Part shown: piece by piece, positions 17,701 to 25,795 of the stretch
Numbering within the stretch: the stretch's first letter is position 1
How the letters are laid out: each line of letters begins with the position of its first letter
NCBI GenBank assembly: GCA_900753975.1
Contig: CAAEBC010000013.1
Coordinates: 33,855-73,854 of the forward strand
DNA: 40,000 nt
Direction: 5' to 3'
From: Clostridia bacterium
GTDB taxonomy: Bacteria; Bacillota; Clostridia; TANB77; UBA1234
The notes under the pieces: generated by a model
What the model saw: only the letters and a program-made list of their open reading frames with translations
The model's database searches: none
Told to the model about the DNA's origin: nothing
Program-made: the position numbers and the translations under genes

Positions 17701-20615
17701 CTAATGACAACGGACTATATAGCTCCGATGATGTAAGTTACAGTGGAGAGGCGATTGCTAAAGGCACAAATGCAGGAACGTACAAAATGGGATTAAGCAG
17801 AGATAAATTCATAAATACTAATGAAAATTTTGCTAACGTAATATTTGTATTAGAAGAAGACGGCAAGCTTGAAATCGCAAAAAGAGAAGTAACATTAACA
17901 AGTGCAACAGATAGTAAGGTATATGACGGAACAGCATTAACTAACAAAAAGGTTTTGGCGAGTGGAGATGGATTTGTAAAAGGTGAAGGTGCAACGTATG
18001 ATGTAACAGGAACTATAACAAACGTAGGCGAGACAAAAAATGAATTTTCTTATACATTAAAAAATAATACTTTTGAAAGTAACTATGACATTACTAAAGA
18101 AGAAGGAACACTTGAAATAACACCGGTTACAACAGAAGTTATAGTGACAATTACTGGTAAAAATGCAGAATACAAATACGATGGTCAAGAAAAAACAGTA
18201 AGTGGATACGATGTTTTAATAAGTGATTCATTATATAAGAAAAATGATTTTGAATTTACAGGAACAGCGGAAGTTACTGCTAAAAAGGCATCTGACAAAA
18301 ATTACAATATGAATTTATCAGAGGCAGACTTTGAAAATAAAAATAACAACTTTACTAATGTAATATTTAAAGTTACAGATGGATATTTAAAGATTAATAA
18401 GAGAAATGTAACATTAACAAGTGCATCAGCTAGTAAAGTATACGATGGAAGAGAATTAACAAGTGGAGATGTTACCGTAACAGGTGACGACTTTGCAAGT
18501 GGTGAAGGTGCAACGTATGATGTAACAGGAACTATAACAAATGTAGGAAGTGTGGAAAATAGTTTTACTTATACACTAAATGAGGGTACTTTAGCAGATA
18601 ACTATAATATTACAAAAGTAGAGGGAACACTTAAAATTACAGAAAAGATTCCAAGTGTGACTATATCAGTAACACCGGATTATCCAAATAACGGAAAAGA
18701 AGCAGAGCCGGGCGATACTATTTCTTACGATGCAGAAATAAAAAATAATGAATCATATAATATAAATGTAAAAATTGATATTGATTCAGATTCTGATTTT
18801 GCAGAAACAATTGATACAATAACAGTATATGATAAAGATGGAAATAAAATTGAAGAAGTTACAAGTATAGATGAAACAATAACAATTCTAGCTGGCGGTA
18901 CGGTAAAAGTAACGTATAAATCAGAAGTTTCAAGTACACATCCTATAAACACTGATTTTAATTCTACAGTAAAAGTTTCTACAGAAACAGGTAAGAAAAT
19001 TAGTAGTATAACAGTAAACAATGATATAGAAAAATCTGTTGGAGTATTTGATGCAACACATAAAGATAAAAATGTTATTTTAATATTGGATTTGTCTGGT
19101 AGTATGGATGATAAGACAAAAGATGGCAAAACAACAAAGATAAAAGCCTTACGTACAGCTACGCAACAATTTGTAGATAAGTTATATAACAGTTCAAAAG
19201 AAACAAATACAAAAGTTACTTTAAATGTAATAGGAATTGGAGAGGCACATGATGTTTATTATGGTGTGTGGCCTTTGGGATATTCTTATGATTCACCAAG
19301 CAAGAGAAATAATAAAGATAAACCAATTCTTTTTGATTCAAGATATGGTGACACTGATGCATATTTGATAGATAGCTACATCAATACAAATCAAAATACT
19401 TGGATAGCTAGCGATTTTATAGAAAATAGATTGAATGCAGATGGTGGTACTAATATAGTAGGTGCTCTAAAGTTAGCAAATGGAATTATGGACGGAACAT
19501 ATACTTCTAAAAATGGTATTAGCAATTTCATTACAAATGCAGATAATTATGTAGTTATTTTAACTGATGGAGCTAATGGACTAAAATACGATAATTGGGG
19601 AAATATTGAAAATAAGCCAATATCTAAAGATAAAGACGGTTTAAAATATTCTAAGTCATTAAGAGAATCAGGTGCTGGAATATATGCTGTGTATTTTGAA
19701 GGAAATAACGCAGATGAAAATGACATCGGTAAAGCAGATTTAAATACTATACTAAATAATGAATATCCACTATATGGAGCTAGCAGCGCAGATTCATTAA
19801 ATATGGCTTTTGATTCTATTGCAAGTAGTATTAGTAAAACTCAAAGTAAAGGCGGAGAGATTACAGCTACATTACCTAGTGGTGATAAATCTTTCCTAAT
19901 AATAGTTACTTGTAAAGAAAATAATGAAGAAAAAACATTGATTACAGTAAATGAAATATCGGATTTAGAAAAGTATGGCATGGAAATCAGGGGCAATAAA
20001 CTTATATGGAATATATCTGGAACAAAATATTCTGCATGTGAGGACTTAAAATTAAAAGTAACTTTAGATAATACTGCAACAGATGGAAAGTCAACAGAGG
20101 GTGCATCAAAATTGCTTTCAATTGAGAGTGAAGAAACAACAGTGATTGCACCAGTAGTAGACGAAAAGGAAGACATTACTTCTGGCGATGTAGGTACATC
20201 TAAAGAAAATAAAACAACAGTTTCTGGTGATACTGAAATCCCAAATAATGATGAAGCAAAATCTTCTGAAACAGTATCTGGTGAAGACAAGGTTTTAGAT
20301 AACAAAGACGTTGAACTTGATAATAACAAAAATGAGCAACAAAATGAAGAGAAAAACCAAGAAGAAAACGTTGATGGTAAAGAAGAAAACAAAGAAGTCG
20401 ATAACGAAAACCAAGTTAATGAAGTTGAAGGCAAGCAAAATGAAAAAGTAGACAACCAAAAAGAAGAAAAAGAAGAAAGTGAAAAAGAAACTAAAGAAGA
20501 GCCAAAACTTGAAGAAGATAATAACGAAGAGAAAAAAGAGCCAATGATTCTTGAAGAAAAACGAGATGATGATGACTCAAACGACACTAGCGATAGTGAC
20601 AAAAAAATTGAATAA
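14730..20615 (+). CDS. giant (1961-aa) SLH-anchored adhesin: signal peptide, 3 SLH, Ig/cadherin-like and Big_2 domains, ~7 MBG-type YDG repeats, DUF11-like, vWA (MIDAS) domain, acidic E/K/N-rich tail
   Basis: TTG start at 14730, 9 nt after RBS agagggag, gives signal peptide KKAFKVITLLMLVILVVTAFAMPASA. SLH repeats at about 14811-15354. YDG(T/R/N) motifs recur about every 88 aa between 16860 and 18450. vWA MIDAS DLSGSM at 19089-19106 and TDG at about 19565. No LPXTG motif. Confidence 0.9.
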   Translation: MKKAFKVITLLMLVILVVTAFAMPASAKQVFTDLSPEHWCYAKIMDFEKKGYVCGYSDNTFRADRTITRAEYVKIVNNFFGYKPSEKTTSAFKDVNSGDWFMPYVNEAVDRGYIEGFEDGTFRPQDPIRRQEATVILARILKIDKEVYPADHKDGLAQYSDSDEVQEWARVAIHSYSVYNFINGYEDGTLRILRNVTRAETVELLHILEQKVVIDRKPGGGGTKTPTLKPDIDVLVRNLIEVPVENEIAIKEEYTPAIYTKSNWINKKNSNFEKETARNGAFVNITSQTTGSTIHDTVDVISRKEEYKTTKRDEYDNKFFLTDGVYTVTAKATKSGRKDSSTAEREVKIDTVAPIAYGVATTKSGEISHEQSITVSVKDLNLYKTNEISGLDKVAYAWFNADTEERVTSWVALSLVNGQAKVDAPVAYGSYKLGISAIDVAENTFGTKTEFNVKAEDISGDVPTNPSGDVDYDFVKEIESGEETPSGDDIVVIVGNNPPTIEDLILYTSVNELVSGELIGKDIDSGDVLSYELKDEPNYGTANVTGNETTYVSDKTGTYTYTVRVKDNNSGEAIGNVTVYVYDAEVEIPENPSGDEIKYPDLSGDKLIIFTGEEKDMTVTVAPSGEPIKDIKYNWSFKANEEKAKISSGADEEKVTVKGLIPGETKITVKVKVNIEKSNGETETVEIKKEITVVVLSRITIQIPSDSKTYDGTPLKAKNFEVVSGSKALIEGVMASGDQITVGVSGERIDVGSSDAVLESYTILNRNSEDVAKYYVPTFKDGTLTIIAKADEIVIKAISDSKKYDGTVLKNSGYTYTSGVLVSGDILEAVVSGEQLNAGSGDNKVISYKVTRNGVDVTDNYTFGECVDGVLEVTKRKVTLTSASASKVYDGRELTSGDVTVTGDGFVSGEGATYDVTGTITNVGEAKNEFTYTLKDNTSGDNYEITTNTGILKVTPVTEEVVIKVKGNSASGDKYDGNEKKVTGYEVVSITNDNGLYSSDDVSYSGEAIAKGTNAGTYKMGLSRDKFINTNENFANVIFVLEEDGKLEIAKREVTLTSATDSKVYDGTALTNKKVLASGDGFVKGEGATYDVTGTITNVGETKNEFSYTLKNNTFESNYDITKEEGTLEITPVTTEVIVTITGKNAEYKYDGQEKTVSGYDVLISDSLYKKNDFEFTGTAEVTAKKASDKNYNMNLSEADFENKNNNFTNVIFKVTDGYLKINKRNVTLTSASASKVYDGRELTSGDVTVTGDDFASGEGATYDVTGTITNVGSVENSFTYTLNEGTLADNYNITKVEGTLKITEKIPSVTISVTPDYPNNGKEAEPGDTISYDAEIKNNESYNINVKIDIDSDSDFAETIDTITVYDKDGNKIEEVTSIDETITILAGGTVKVTYKSEVSSTHPINTDFNSTVKVSTETGKKISSITVNNDIEKSVGVFDATHKDKNVILILDLSGSMDDKTKDGKTTKIKALRTATQQFVDKLYNSSKETNTKVTLNVIGIGEAHDVYYGVWPLGYSYDSPSKRNNKDKPILFDSRYGDTDAYLIDSYINTNQNTWIASDFIENRLNADGGTNIVGALKLANGIMDGTYTSKNGISNFITNADNYVVILTDGANGLKYDNWGNIENKPISKDKDGLKYSKSLRESGAGIYAVYFEGNNADENDIGKADLNTILNNEYPLYGASSADSLNMAFDSIASSISKTQSKGGEITATLPSGDKSFLIIVTCKENNEEKTLITVNEISDLEKYGMEIRGNKLIWNISGTKYSACEDLKLKVTLDNTATDGKSTEGASKLLSIESEETTVIAPVVDEKEDITSGDVGTSKENKTTVSGDTEIPNNDEAKSSETVSGEDKVLDNKDVELDNNKNEQQNEEKNQEENVDGKEENKEVDNENQVNEVEGKQNEKVDNQKEEKEESEKETKEEPKLEEDNNEEKKEPMILEEKRDDDDSNDTSDSDKKIE
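17352..18650 (+). repeat. three in-frame tandem repeats (528- and 519-bp periods) inside the adhesin gene
   Basis: gtaacattaa(caagtgc) recurs at 17361, 17889 and 18408. Copies 1 and 3 are near-identical for about 160 bp. Copies 1 and 2 share a 45-bp perfect run (ggtgcaacgtatgatgtaacaggaactataacaaacgtaggcgag). Confidence 0.85.
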
Positions 20616-20792
20616 TTATCGATATTTAAAAGATATCTAAATGAGGTGCACTTCAAATGTTAGAAAAAATTTAACGTTTGGAGTGTACTTTATTTTTAGG
20701 TATCTTTTTTAGGTTATTTGGAAGAAATGTATTTTTATTTTGATAATGTCTGATATAATGTATGTATAAAAACAAAAGAGGAGGATGTAAAA

Positions 20793-22736
20793 TTGAAAAA
20801 GACAGTTGTACTTTGGGTCATAATTGTTATTTTACTTTTATCGAATGCATTTTTTGTGTACGAGTATTTTAAAAAAGATAATTCGGTGCCTAACTATCCA
20901 AATAGTGAGTCATCTGGAGAAAACAAGAACAACGATAACGAAAAAACTTCAGGAGATATATTTTCAACTGTAGTAAAAAATTCTGGTGAATCAATTATAA
21001 ACGAAGAGCCAACTTTAGATAACAAAGATAAAAACAAAGAGGTAACGGCAAAATACGATGTTATAGTATTTGATGCAGAGCCAGAGGGAATTTGTGCTGC
21101 AATTTCTGCTGCAAGAAATAATAAAAAAGTTTTATTAGTAGAAAAAAGAGATGGTCCTGGTGGTCTTATGACTTATGCCATGCTAAATACAATCGACATG
21201 AATACAGATCCGAATGGAACACTTTTGAGCCAAGGTATTTTTGAAGAGTTTTATAAAAAAGTTGGCAACAAGGTTTCTTTTGATGTAAAGACTGCTAAAA
21301 AAGCATTTGAAGAAATGCTTGATGCGGAAGAAAATATTACAACAATATACGACGTAGAAGATATACGTATAGGTTCAGACGGTTCAAAGATTGAATATGC
21401 TATTATTGATGAAGAAAAATATGTTGCAGATATGTACATAGATTGCACACAGGATGCAGATATAACAGTAGCTGCAGGTGGCAAGTATGTAAAAGGTTGG
21501 GAAGATATTAACGAAGAAAATCGTTCTATGTCAGCTACTTTAGTAATTGCTATGGATAATGTTGATTGGAATAAATGTTGTGAATCAATCAAAAAAGCAA
21601 ATCTGCCTAACACAGGCTATACATCAGATAGTATCTGGGCATTTGGAAACATTACTCAAAAGTATGTTCCAAAACAATCTCACATGAGATTAAAAGCTTT
21701 AAATATAGGACTTCAAAATGATGGGACTGTTTTAATAAATTCTCTTCAAGTAATAAACGCAGACATGCTAGATAGTAAAGCAAAAGAAAAAGCTTATGAA
21801 AAATGTGTTAAAGAAGCAGAATATGTTGCTAAATTTATAAAAGAAAATGTACCAGGTTTTGAAAAGGCTACACTTTCAGGAGTTGCACCAGAGCTATATG
21901 TAAGAGAAACGAGACACATAGTTGGTGAGTATAAACTAACTGTAAAAGATATTTTAGAATCTAAATATTCATATAATGCTATAGGAATGGCAGCATATCC
22001 AATAGATGTTCAAACTACAAGCATATATGACTGGGGATATATTATCGGAAATCCAAAGCAATATTATTTACCAATGGGAATAGTTATTCCAAAAGGTTAC
22101 ACCAATCTTATGACTGTAGGACGTTCTGGTTCTTACACATCAATTGCAGCTGGTTCTGCTAGAGTCATTCCAACAGGTATGACACTCGCTCAATCTGCTG
22201 GCGTTATGGCAGCTGTTTGCATAGACCATAAAATGAACTTGCAAGAATTACTTGCAGATTATAATGTTAAAAGAGAAATAACAACAAGACTTACAAATCA
22301 AGGAATGTATTTGAAAAAGAACTCTATGCCAGCAGTTGATACAAATGGTAGGTATTATGATTTTATGATAGAAATGTGTGAATTAGGACTTTTAAGTTTG
22401 GGATATAATAATGAATTTAATCCAAATGAGTTGGTTTCAGAAAGAGAATTTATATCTCTTACAAAAACTTATTTAAAGAGAAACTTCTTAAAAGAAGAAC
22501 TTTGGAATACAGACCACATAAATTTACTAGATGCTAGCGAAGAAGCTGTATCTGCAAATAGAGCAAAGGAAATTATGTATGATATAACTACATACAATAT
22601 TAAAGACGAAGCTGTGAGAGAAAAAATCGAAGATTACATAGAAAAAGTTGCACCAGAGGGAAATGAAAAGATGACGTTAGTAAGAGTATATGAAATACTT
22701 AGATATCTGAAGGATTTTTTAGTAAAAAATATTTAA
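20793..22736 (+). CDS. membrane-anchored FAD-dependent oxidoreductase family protein
   Basis: TTG start after RBS agaggagga. N-terminal TM helix, S/N-rich linker, dinucleotide-binding motif YDVIVFDAEPEGICAAISAARNNKKVLLVEKRDGPGG. Confidence 0.7.
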   Translation: MKKTVVLWVIIVILLLSNAFFVYEYFKKDNSVPNYPNSESSGENKNNDNEKTSGDIFSTVVKNSGESIINEEPTLDNKDKNKEVTAKYDVIVFDAEPEGICAAISAARNNKKVLLVEKRDGPGGLMTYAMLNTIDMNTDPNGTLLSQGIFEEFYKKVGNKVSFDVKTAKKAFEEMLDAEENITTIYDVEDIRIGSDGSKIEYAIIDEEKYVADMYIDCTQDADITVAAGGKYVKGWEDINEENRSMSATLVIAMDNVDWNKCCESIKKANLPNTGYTSDSIWAFGNITQKYVPKQSHMRLKALNIGLQNDGTVLINSLQVINADMLDSKAKEKAYEKCVKEAEYVAKFIKENVPGFEKATLSGVAPELYVRETRHIVGEYKLTVKDILESKYSYNAIGMAAYPIDVQTTSIYDWGYIIGNPKQYYLPMGIVIPKGYTNLMTVGRSGSYTSIAAGSARVIPTGMTLAQSAGVMAAVCIDHKMNLQELLADYNVKREITTRLTNQGMYLKKNSMPAVDTNGRYYDFMIEMCELGLLSLGYNNEFNPNELVSEREFISLTKTYLKRNFLKEELWNTDHINLLDASEEAVSANRAKEIMYDITTYNIKDEAVREKIEDYIEKVAPEGNEKMTLVRVYEILRYLKDFLVKNI

Positions 22737-22743
22737 ATTAATG

Positions 22744-22772
22744 TTTACATAAGTTACAAAATCTGGTATAAT
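22744..22772 (+). promoter_or_regulatory. candidate promoter TTTACA-N17-TGgTATAAT for the OB-fold gene
   Basis: tttaca at 22744-22749, tataat at 22767-22772, with tg at 22764-22765. Confidence 0.5.
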
Positions 22773-22812
22773 TATAGAGGGTTACTAAATTATTACGTAA
22801 GGAGTGTTTTGA

Positions 22813-23457
22813 ATGATTGAAAACACCAATAGGGAAGTTTTAATTCCAGAGACAGACGAAGTGTTCTTGGTTGGAGAGTTTATTTATTCCTGTGAAGAAA
22901 GTCATAGGAATAACGGAACAATTTTTTATAGGACCGTTTTGAGGACAATGCGGAATAGTGGAGAATTTGATTATGTTCCAATAGTCCTAGAAGAAAAGGA
23001 CAAACTGGTTGCTATGCAAGGTGACACGGTACGTTTGAGGGGCTTAGTGCTTACACACTATAAGCCTGGAAAATACAAGAATGTTCTCATGTATGTCATG
23101 GTGAGGGAGATTGAAAAGGTCCCCTCTAATACACCACATGAGAATGTGGTGTATCTGGCAGGCGATATGAGTCATTATGTCGAGCCAGATTTAAGAATGA
23201 CGCCTCTTGGACGACAAATTTGCGACTTTGTTGTCCAAAGAAAGCATCGCACACGGGATTATACCTATAACATCTCGTGTGTGGGTTGGGGCAGAACCGC
23301 AAAGCTGATTTCCTGCATCGGAAAAGGTAGGAAAATAGCTATCAAAGGTAGGTTCCAGTCAAGGGTCTATTGGAAAGAAAATGGGGATGAATTGAACAAA
23401 ATCCCCATTAGAACGCATGAGATTTCGGTAACAAAGCTCTTGAGTATTAGAATCTAA
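22813..23457 (+). CDS. tandem OB-fold, SSB-like single-stranded DNA-binding protein (no acidic tail), compositionally foreign
   Basis: The C-terminal half aligns by eye to bacterial SSB (NVVYLAG...EPDLRMTPLGRQ...ISCVGWGRTAKL...KGRKIAIKGRFQSRVY...THEISV). The N-terminal half has a second OB-like pattern (FLVGEF...FYRTVLRTMRNSGEFDYVPIVLEE...GDTVRLRGLV). G+C is clearly above the flanks. Confidence 0.5.
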   Translation: MIENTNREVLIPETDEVFLVGEFIYSCEESHRNNGTIFYRTVLRTMRNSGEFDYVPIVLEEKDKLVAMQGDTVRLRGLVLTHYKPGKYKNVLMYVMVREIEKVPSNTPHENVVYLAGDMSHYVEPDLRMTPLGRQICDFVVQRKHRTRDYTYNISCVGWGRTAKLISCIGKGRKIAIKGRFQSRVYWKENGDELNKIPIRTHEISVTKLLSIRI

Positions 23458-23464
23458 ACTTCCC

Positions 23465-23497
23465 AAAAATCGCCGACATTTTGTCGGCGATTTTTTT
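23465..23497 (+). terminator. strong GC-rich intrinsic terminator
   Basis: atcgccgaca (23469-23478) pairs with tgtcggcgat (23482-23491), 3-nt loop, followed by a T-run. Confidence 0.85.
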
Positions 23498-23498
23498 G

Positions 23499-23527
23499 TT
23501 GCTTTTTGATATGTTAAGGTATATAAT
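23499..23527 (+). promoter_or_regulatory. candidate promoter TTGCTT-N17-TATAAT for the AlaRS-HIT unit
   Basis: ttgctt at 23499-23504, tataat at 23522-23527. RBS aagaggagga at 23541-23550. Confidence 0.5.
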
Positions 23528-23555
23528 ACTCGTATCTGTAAAGAGGAGGAAAACT

Positions 23556-25316
23556 ATGAAAGCATATGAATTAAGAAGAAAATACATAGAATTTTTTAAA
23601 GCACATGGACATAAGGAAATTCCAAGTGCACCAGTTGTACCTGAAAACGATCCAACTGTTTTATTTACAACTGCAGGAATGCATCCTCTAGTTCCTTATT
23701 TATTAGGTGAGCCTCATCCACAAGGAAAGAGACTTACTGATTATCAAAAATGTATTAGAACTGGAGATATTGATTCTGTAGGTGATAACAGTCACTTAAC
23801 ATTTTTTGAAATGATGGGTAACTGGTCTTTAGGAGATTATTTTAAGCATGAATCTATAGAGATGAGCTATAACTTTTTAAAAGATGTTTTAGGTTTTGAT
23901 ATGAATAAAATTTCTGTAACTGTTTTTGCGGGTGAAGATGGAATCCCAAGAGATGAAGAAGCAGCAGACAGATGGGCAGAAATGGGAATACCAAGAGATA
24001 GGATTTATTATTGCTCTAGAGAGCATAACTGGTGGGGACCTGCTGGAGAAACAGGACCTTGTGGACCAGATACAGAGATTTTCTATGATACGGGTAAGGA
24101 AAAATGCAGTGAGCATTGCGACCCAACTTGTAGCTGTGGAAAATATCTAGAGATTTGGAATAACGTTTTTATGCAATACAATAAAACAAAAGACGGAAAA
24201 TACGAACCTTTAAAAGCACCAAACGTAGATACAGGACTTGGATTAGAGAGAGTTATTGGACTTTTACAAGGCAAGAGCAGTGTATATGACACAGAGCTTT
24301 TTGCAGACGTAATTGCTAAAATTAAAGAACTATCTACAGACTATAACGTACCAAGTGCACGTATTATAGCAGATCATTTAAGAACATCTATGTTTATGAT
24401 AGTAGATGGTGTTAGACCAAGTAACGTAGAACAAGGATATGTTTTAAGAAGACTTCTAAGAAGAGTTATTAGACACATGAGAAAGATAGGATTTAATCCT
24501 GATGATATCACAGTATTAATAGATACATTTGTAAAAATCACAACAGAAATGTATCCAGAAATACCAGCAAATCAAGATACAATAAAAGAAGTAGTTATCG
24601 AAGAAAAAAATAAATTCATGAAAACTTTGGAGCACGGCGAAAAAGAATTTTCTAAAAACGTAGCCAAAGCAAAAGCAGAAGGAAAAGAAAAACTAGATGG
24701 TCAAGTGGTATTTAGATTATATGATACATTTGGTTTTCCTCCTGAAATGACAGCAGAGCTTGCCGAAGAAGCTGGACTTAAGATAGACATGGAAGAATTT
24801 AACGAACTATTTAAAAAGCATCAAGACTTATCTAGAGCTGGTTCAGAAGCAAAATTCAAGGGCGGACTTGCTGATCATAGTGAGCAAACAACAGCTTATC
24901 ATACAGCTACACACTTATTACATAAGGCTCTTCAAATCGTTTTAGGTGAGCATGCAACACAAAAAGGCTCAAACCTAACAGCTGAAAGACTAAGATTTGA
25001 CTTTGCAAATCCATGTAAAGTTACTCCAGAGCAACTAAAAGAAGTTGAAGATATTGTAAATGAACAAATCAAAAGAGATTTACCTGTAACTTGTGAAGAA
25101 ATGACTTTGGAAGAAGCAAAGGCCTCTGGTGCTACTGGACTTTTTGCTAATAAATATGGAGAGAAAGTAAAAGTATATACTATTGGAGATTTCAGCAAAG
25201 AAATTTGTGGAGGACCTCACGTAGAGAGAACTGGTGGAATGGGTCACTTTAAGATATTAAAAGAGGAAGGTGTAGCAGCTGGAATCAGAAGAATTAAAGC
25301 TGTACTTGAAAAATAA
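23556..25316 (+). CDS. alaS: alanine--tRNA ligase, short form (586 aa) ending after the editing domain (no C-Ala/DHHA1 domain)
   Basis: Start at ATG 23556 behind the RBS, not the track start at 23481. Class II AlaRS motifs FTTAGM, QKCIRT, HLTFFEMMGNWSLGDYFK, PCGPDTEIFYD, LEIWNNVFMQYN, GLGLERV. Editing-domain zinc motifs HTATHLLH and CGGPHV. Ends at GIRRIKAVLEK. Confidence 0.75.
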   Translation: MKAYELRRKYIEFFKAHGHKEIPSAPVVPENDPTVLFTTAGMHPLVPYLLGEPHPQGKRLTDYQKCIRTGDIDSVGDNSHLTFFEMMGNWSLGDYFKHESIEMSYNFLKDVLGFDMNKISVTVFAGEDGIPRDEEAADRWAEMGIPRDRIYYCSREHNWWGPAGETGPCGPDTEIFYDTGKEKCSEHCDPTCSCGKYLEIWNNVFMQYNKTKDGKYEPLKAPNVDTGLGLERVIGLLQGKSSVYDTELFADVIAKIKELSTDYNVPSARIIADHLRTSMFMIVDGVRPSNVEQGYVLRRLLRRVIRHMRKIGFNPDDITVLIDTFVKITTEMYPEIPANQDTIKEVVIEEKNKFMKTLEHGEKEFSKNVAKAKAEGKEKLDGQVVFRLYDTFGFPPEMTAELAEEAGLKIDMEEFNELFKKHQDLSRAGSEAKFKGGLADHSEQTTAYHTATHLLHKALQIVLGEHATQKGSNLTAERLRFDFANPCKVTPEQLKEVEDIVNEQIKRDLPVTCEEMTLEEAKASGATGLFANKYGEKVKVYTIGDFSKEICGGPHVERTGGMGHFKILKEEGVAAGIRRIKAVLEK

Positions 25317-25337
25317 TGTTATTTAGGAGGTTTCGAA

Positions 25338-25685
25338 ATGTCAGATTGTATTTTTTGTAAGATAGCAAATCACGAAATACCAGCAAAAATAATAGATGAA
25401 AATGAGTATGTTATAGCTTTTGAAGATGCATCACCAGTTGCACCAGTACACGTATTGGTTGTTCCTAAAAAACATATTTCAAATTTTATGGAATTAGATG
25501 ATGAAAATCTTGAATATGTAAAAGAAATTCACAAAATGATTCAAAAAGTTGCTAAAGTTAAAAAGGTTGATGAGACTGGTTTTAGAGTGATAACAAATTA
25601 TGGTGAAGATGGTGGACAAACAGTTATGCATCTACACTATCATATTATTGGTGGCAAGAGATTAGGACCTAAAATAGTTCATTAA
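25338..25685 (+). CDS. HIT-family (histidine triad) nucleotide hydrolase
   Basis: CIFCKI N-terminus and HLHYHIIGG histidine triad. RBS aggagg at 25325-25330. Confidence 0.85.
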   Translation: MSDCIFCKIANHEIPAKIIDENEYVIAFEDASPVAPVHVLVVPKKHISNFMELDDENLEYVKEIHKMIQKVAKVKKVDETGFRVITNYGEDGGQTVMHLHYHIIGGKRLGPKIVH

Positions 25686-25705
25686 TAAAATATAAAAATC
25701 ATTGT

Positions 25706-25753
25706 GGGTGGCAATGAGACTTATTATATTGTAGTCTTGTTGCGCCCTTTTTT
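25706..25753 (+). terminator. intrinsic terminator after the HIT gene
   Basis: gggtggcaatgagac (25706-25720) pairs with gtcttgttgcgccc (25734-25747) with one bulge, followed by tttttt. Confidence 0.7.
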
Positions 25754-25795
25754 CTTGTAACATTCGTTACGAAAATTTCAAAGGTAAGGTGTAAA

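Noticed and set aside
795-20656. Numerous antisense or alternative-frame ORFs in the track (e.g. 795-1124, 1887-2426, 2805-3137, 4983-5261, 8194-8625, 9896-10231, 14260-14613, 18725-19129, 19841-20656; also 21251-21613, 23889-24292, 24932-25198, 28450-28855, 32082-32276, 33334-33621 and 35408-35635 further right)
   Set aside because: Each lies opposite or out of frame to a gene with clear family motifs. They lack RBSs and have the S/F/L/I-rich low-complexity composition expected from reading AT-rich, E/K-rich genes backwards.
23458-23555. T-box leader upstream of alaS
   Set aside because: Only about 60 nt lie between the upstream terminator and the RBS, far too short for a T-box (about 200+ nt), and no T-box consensus was seen.
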